Positions 61,201 to 64,000 of a stretch of 64,000 nt of DNA are shown piece after piece. Each line of letters opens with the position of its first letter. Position 1 is the stretch's first letter. Location of the stretch: positions 6,076,001 through 6,140,000 of the forward strand of contig JBHGNT010000003.1 in NCBI GenBank assembly GCA_043228905.1, read 5' to 3'. Position numbers and translations under genes: made by a program. The notes under the pieces were generated by a model that saw only the letters and a list, made by a program, of their open reading frames with translations, had not been told where the DNA came from and made no database searches. This stretch comes from Azolla caroliniana. Its lineage: Eukaryota; Plantae; Polypodiophyta.

Positions 61201-64000
61201 AAGGATGAGAATGGTGAACTGACATTCCAATTACTGAATGTCATCTTAGGGGTGAGAATAATAAGATGGGAATGCCGTTAGGGCTTATTGTACATAGTTT
61301 GTCATTGTACACATAAATTTACTTGTTTTCAGTTGAGAATGTGGAACTCAGAAAGGATGCTATTGCATATTACACATAGTTTGTCTTTGTTTATGTAAAT
61401 TGTCTTGTTTTGAGTGAGAATGGCAGCTGATAATGCCATTAGTGAATCAATCTTAAACAGAATTATCTTTGTGTACTTTCAACTTGTTAGAGACGAGAAA
61501 GCCATTAGTGAATCTTATGACTACAGTTTCTGTTTATGTAGTATATACTGCCTTGTTTAGGGGCAAGAATTTTGAGCTGAGAATGTCATTTGTCAATCCT
61601 ACAAATAATTGTTTGTGTACTGCATATTGTTTGTGGACATAGTGATGAACTGAGAATGCCATTAGAGAGTCTAACTGATAATGTCTTTGTATACATCTTT
61701 TTTAGGGGTGATAATGGTGAATTGCGAGTGGGCATCCGAAGAACCAAGTGCCAGCAGCCATCACAGACCTCAAATGTCCTTACGAGCCATAGTATGCAAA
61801 TGGGTGTTGTAGCAACAGCTTCCCATGCAATTTTGACAAGAACTATGTTTTCTGTATATTACAAACCAAGGTAAGCTAGTCAAAACAACTTGGGTTTTTA
61901 ATGTTTTTTTGTGCTTAGTTTGTTTTGAATATAGAGGAGTTACTCTCGTGTTGTATACAGAGCAAGCCCATCTTCATTTATCGTTCCAGTAGAAAAGCTA
62001 GCAAAAGCTTCCATAAATGAGTTGTCAGTAGGAATGAGATTCAAGGTGAAATTTGAGGGTGAGGATGCATCGGAACGAAGGTAATGTTAGTTAGCAACTA
62101 ATTAACTTCTATTATTATTGCCTTTTCAAGAAAAGGTATCCAGGGTAATAGCCTTATGTTATAAGAATATTTATCATTATTCTATGTACTTTTGCTCTTT
62201 GTTTTGCAGCTATGCTGGTACTATAGTAGGTATCGAGGATCTAAATGCAGTGTGTTGGCCAAAATCTCTTTGGCGCTCTTTGAGAGTTAATTGGGATGAA
62301 ATGACTAATCATGAACAAAGAAATCGAATCTCTCCTTGGGAAATTGAGTTGTCTATTCATCCTCAGGCTCCAGCTAATAACTCTTGCTCTCCTGCTCCAA
62401 AGAACAAACGACCGCGACCAAGCATTCCATCCGACTCAGGTGAAATAACTCAGTTTCATGTGAGACATAAATTTTTCTACATTATTTTTGTATGCAGAGT
62501 TTCAAAATCACATTTGAATTGTATAATTTGAATATATAAAATACCACAAGAAAAAACTTCAAAACTTGATTGTTTTACTGAAAATTATATACCAAGATAT
62601 TCAGTGAAACTGTTTGCATCTTATTGAAATGGTATGCATCATGGTGCAGGAAGCAGCAGTAAATCAACATCATTTAGTTCCTTGCAATCTTCTGCTTCAA
62701 AGCATCAAGATGATGAGATTATGAAAGCTTATCATCAGATGTGGGGAAAAAGATCAGACAACCACCAGCAAGGAAATTTTAGGACCGGAGTAGAAGAAAC
62801 CATGAAGATGGCATCACCTCCTGGATGGTTAATTTCAGGAACTTTTGATCCTCGCAAACATCAACATATTCTTCAAACTGATAAATTCTCCTTCTTCCCA
62901 CCATCTTCTTGTGATAATAATTTGAACGGTGATCGAGTGGCTATTTCTATGCCATCTACCCTGAATTCAATGCAGAATAACTTTAAAAACACAAGCAATA
63001 ATATAAATCAAGGATCTTGGCAACAAATACCTTCATCCTCTTCTATACAGAATGAAATCTCACCTTCTGTTTGGCCACTCATGAGTATGTTACCTCCTAC
63101 TTCTTCTTCACCTTTTATTGCAATGCCGTCAACGAGAGTGGAGAATTCAAAGGTATTAATGCAGAATCCACATTCTTGGGATTCTCAGCAGAAAATAGAG
63201 AAGCCAGACACAGAAAGTGTATGCAAACTCTTTGGTTTCTCGCTAACTGAACCTCGAACTTTGACAAAATCTAAGATGTTGGAAGATGATAATCTTCAGT
63301 CAATGAATGCTCACTTTGCTTCTCAAGCACCACCATCATCACAACATATTCAAGAGAATGATATTCCACACCAATCTTCAGTACCCGACAAGTCAACATC
63401 TTCTGAAGTTGAATATTCTGATAATACTTGCCTCAAATTATCTAAAGAATCGGAAGGGCGAAGTGCACATAATCCTCCTGTAAGAAGCTGCACAAAGGTA
63501 AAAAAAACTTGCTGTCTTCCCTATGATGTATTTATCTATGTATTTTGCAATGGTGAAGTAAAATTGATCATTTATATGTGGTTTCTACTATGTGTAGGTC
63601 ATCAAGAAGGGAAGCATGGTTGGGAGAGGGGTTGATTTATCCAAGTTTGATAGCTATAAAAAGCTGATTGAAGAGTTGGAGCTAATGTTTCATATTGAAG
63701 GAGAGCTTAGCAACCCTGAGAAAGGATGGCAGTTAGCATATAGTGATGATGAAGGAGATATGATGCATGTTGGTGATGATCCGTGGACGTAAGTGATTTG
63801 CTTTGCAAAATATATTGAAATCAATATTTTTAGTGAAACTGTTTTATCTTTTGACTCTGCTTCTAAATTTTTTCAACTTTTTTTTTTATGATGTCCAATA
63901 GTGAATTCTGCAGCATGGTTAGGAAGATACATATCTTCAGCCCAGAGGAGGTGACAACGGCAGGTTTATCACAAGTAAAACCACAATGTACTAAAGATGA
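58230..64000 (+). CDS. ARF: Auxin response factor, class B (repressor, ARF1/2-like): B3 DNA-binding domain, ancillary domain, KLFG repression motif, PB1; continues past the window
   Basis: Exons 58230-58290, 58428-58534, 59761-59862, 60282-60341, 60435-60599, 60855-60939, 61056-61146, 61706-61870, 61961-62080, 62210-62439, 62650-63497, 63598-63788, 63902->64000. Motifs [94 protein letters not shown]. An in-frame upstream ATG lies at 58155. Confidence 0.95.

Noticed and set aside
62400-62760. tasiR-ARF target site in the class B ARF
   Set aside because: No recognisable AAGGTCTTGCAAGGTCAAGAA (KVLQGQE) site; only scattered partial similarity.

Overview
Eukaryotic land-plant genomic DNA, most likely a non-seed vascular plant such as a fern (inferred from the Tcn1-type chromovirus, the divergent TORNADO1-like paralogues and the intron style). 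It is TE-rich and has one 100-N scaffold gap. From left to right: (1) a cluster of decayed, tandemly duplicated TORNADO1-like (ROCO-family C-terminal) gene pieces; (2) nested retroelements, including L1-like LINEs, a rearranged chromovirus and a solo LTR with a 5-bp TSD; (3) an intronless VQ-motif gene; (4) a ~20-exon non-canonical starch synthase 5 (SS5) on the minus strand, which keeps its C-terminal lobe, has degenerate catalytic motifs and apparently uses three GC-AG introns; (5) a full-length Tcn1-like Ty3/gypsy element inserted in an RTE-like LINE, with a clear Tf1-type self-priming signature instead of a tRNA primer site; (6) a class B auxin response factor running off the right end. 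Family assignments come from recalled motifs, not database searches, and coordinates were counted by hand.
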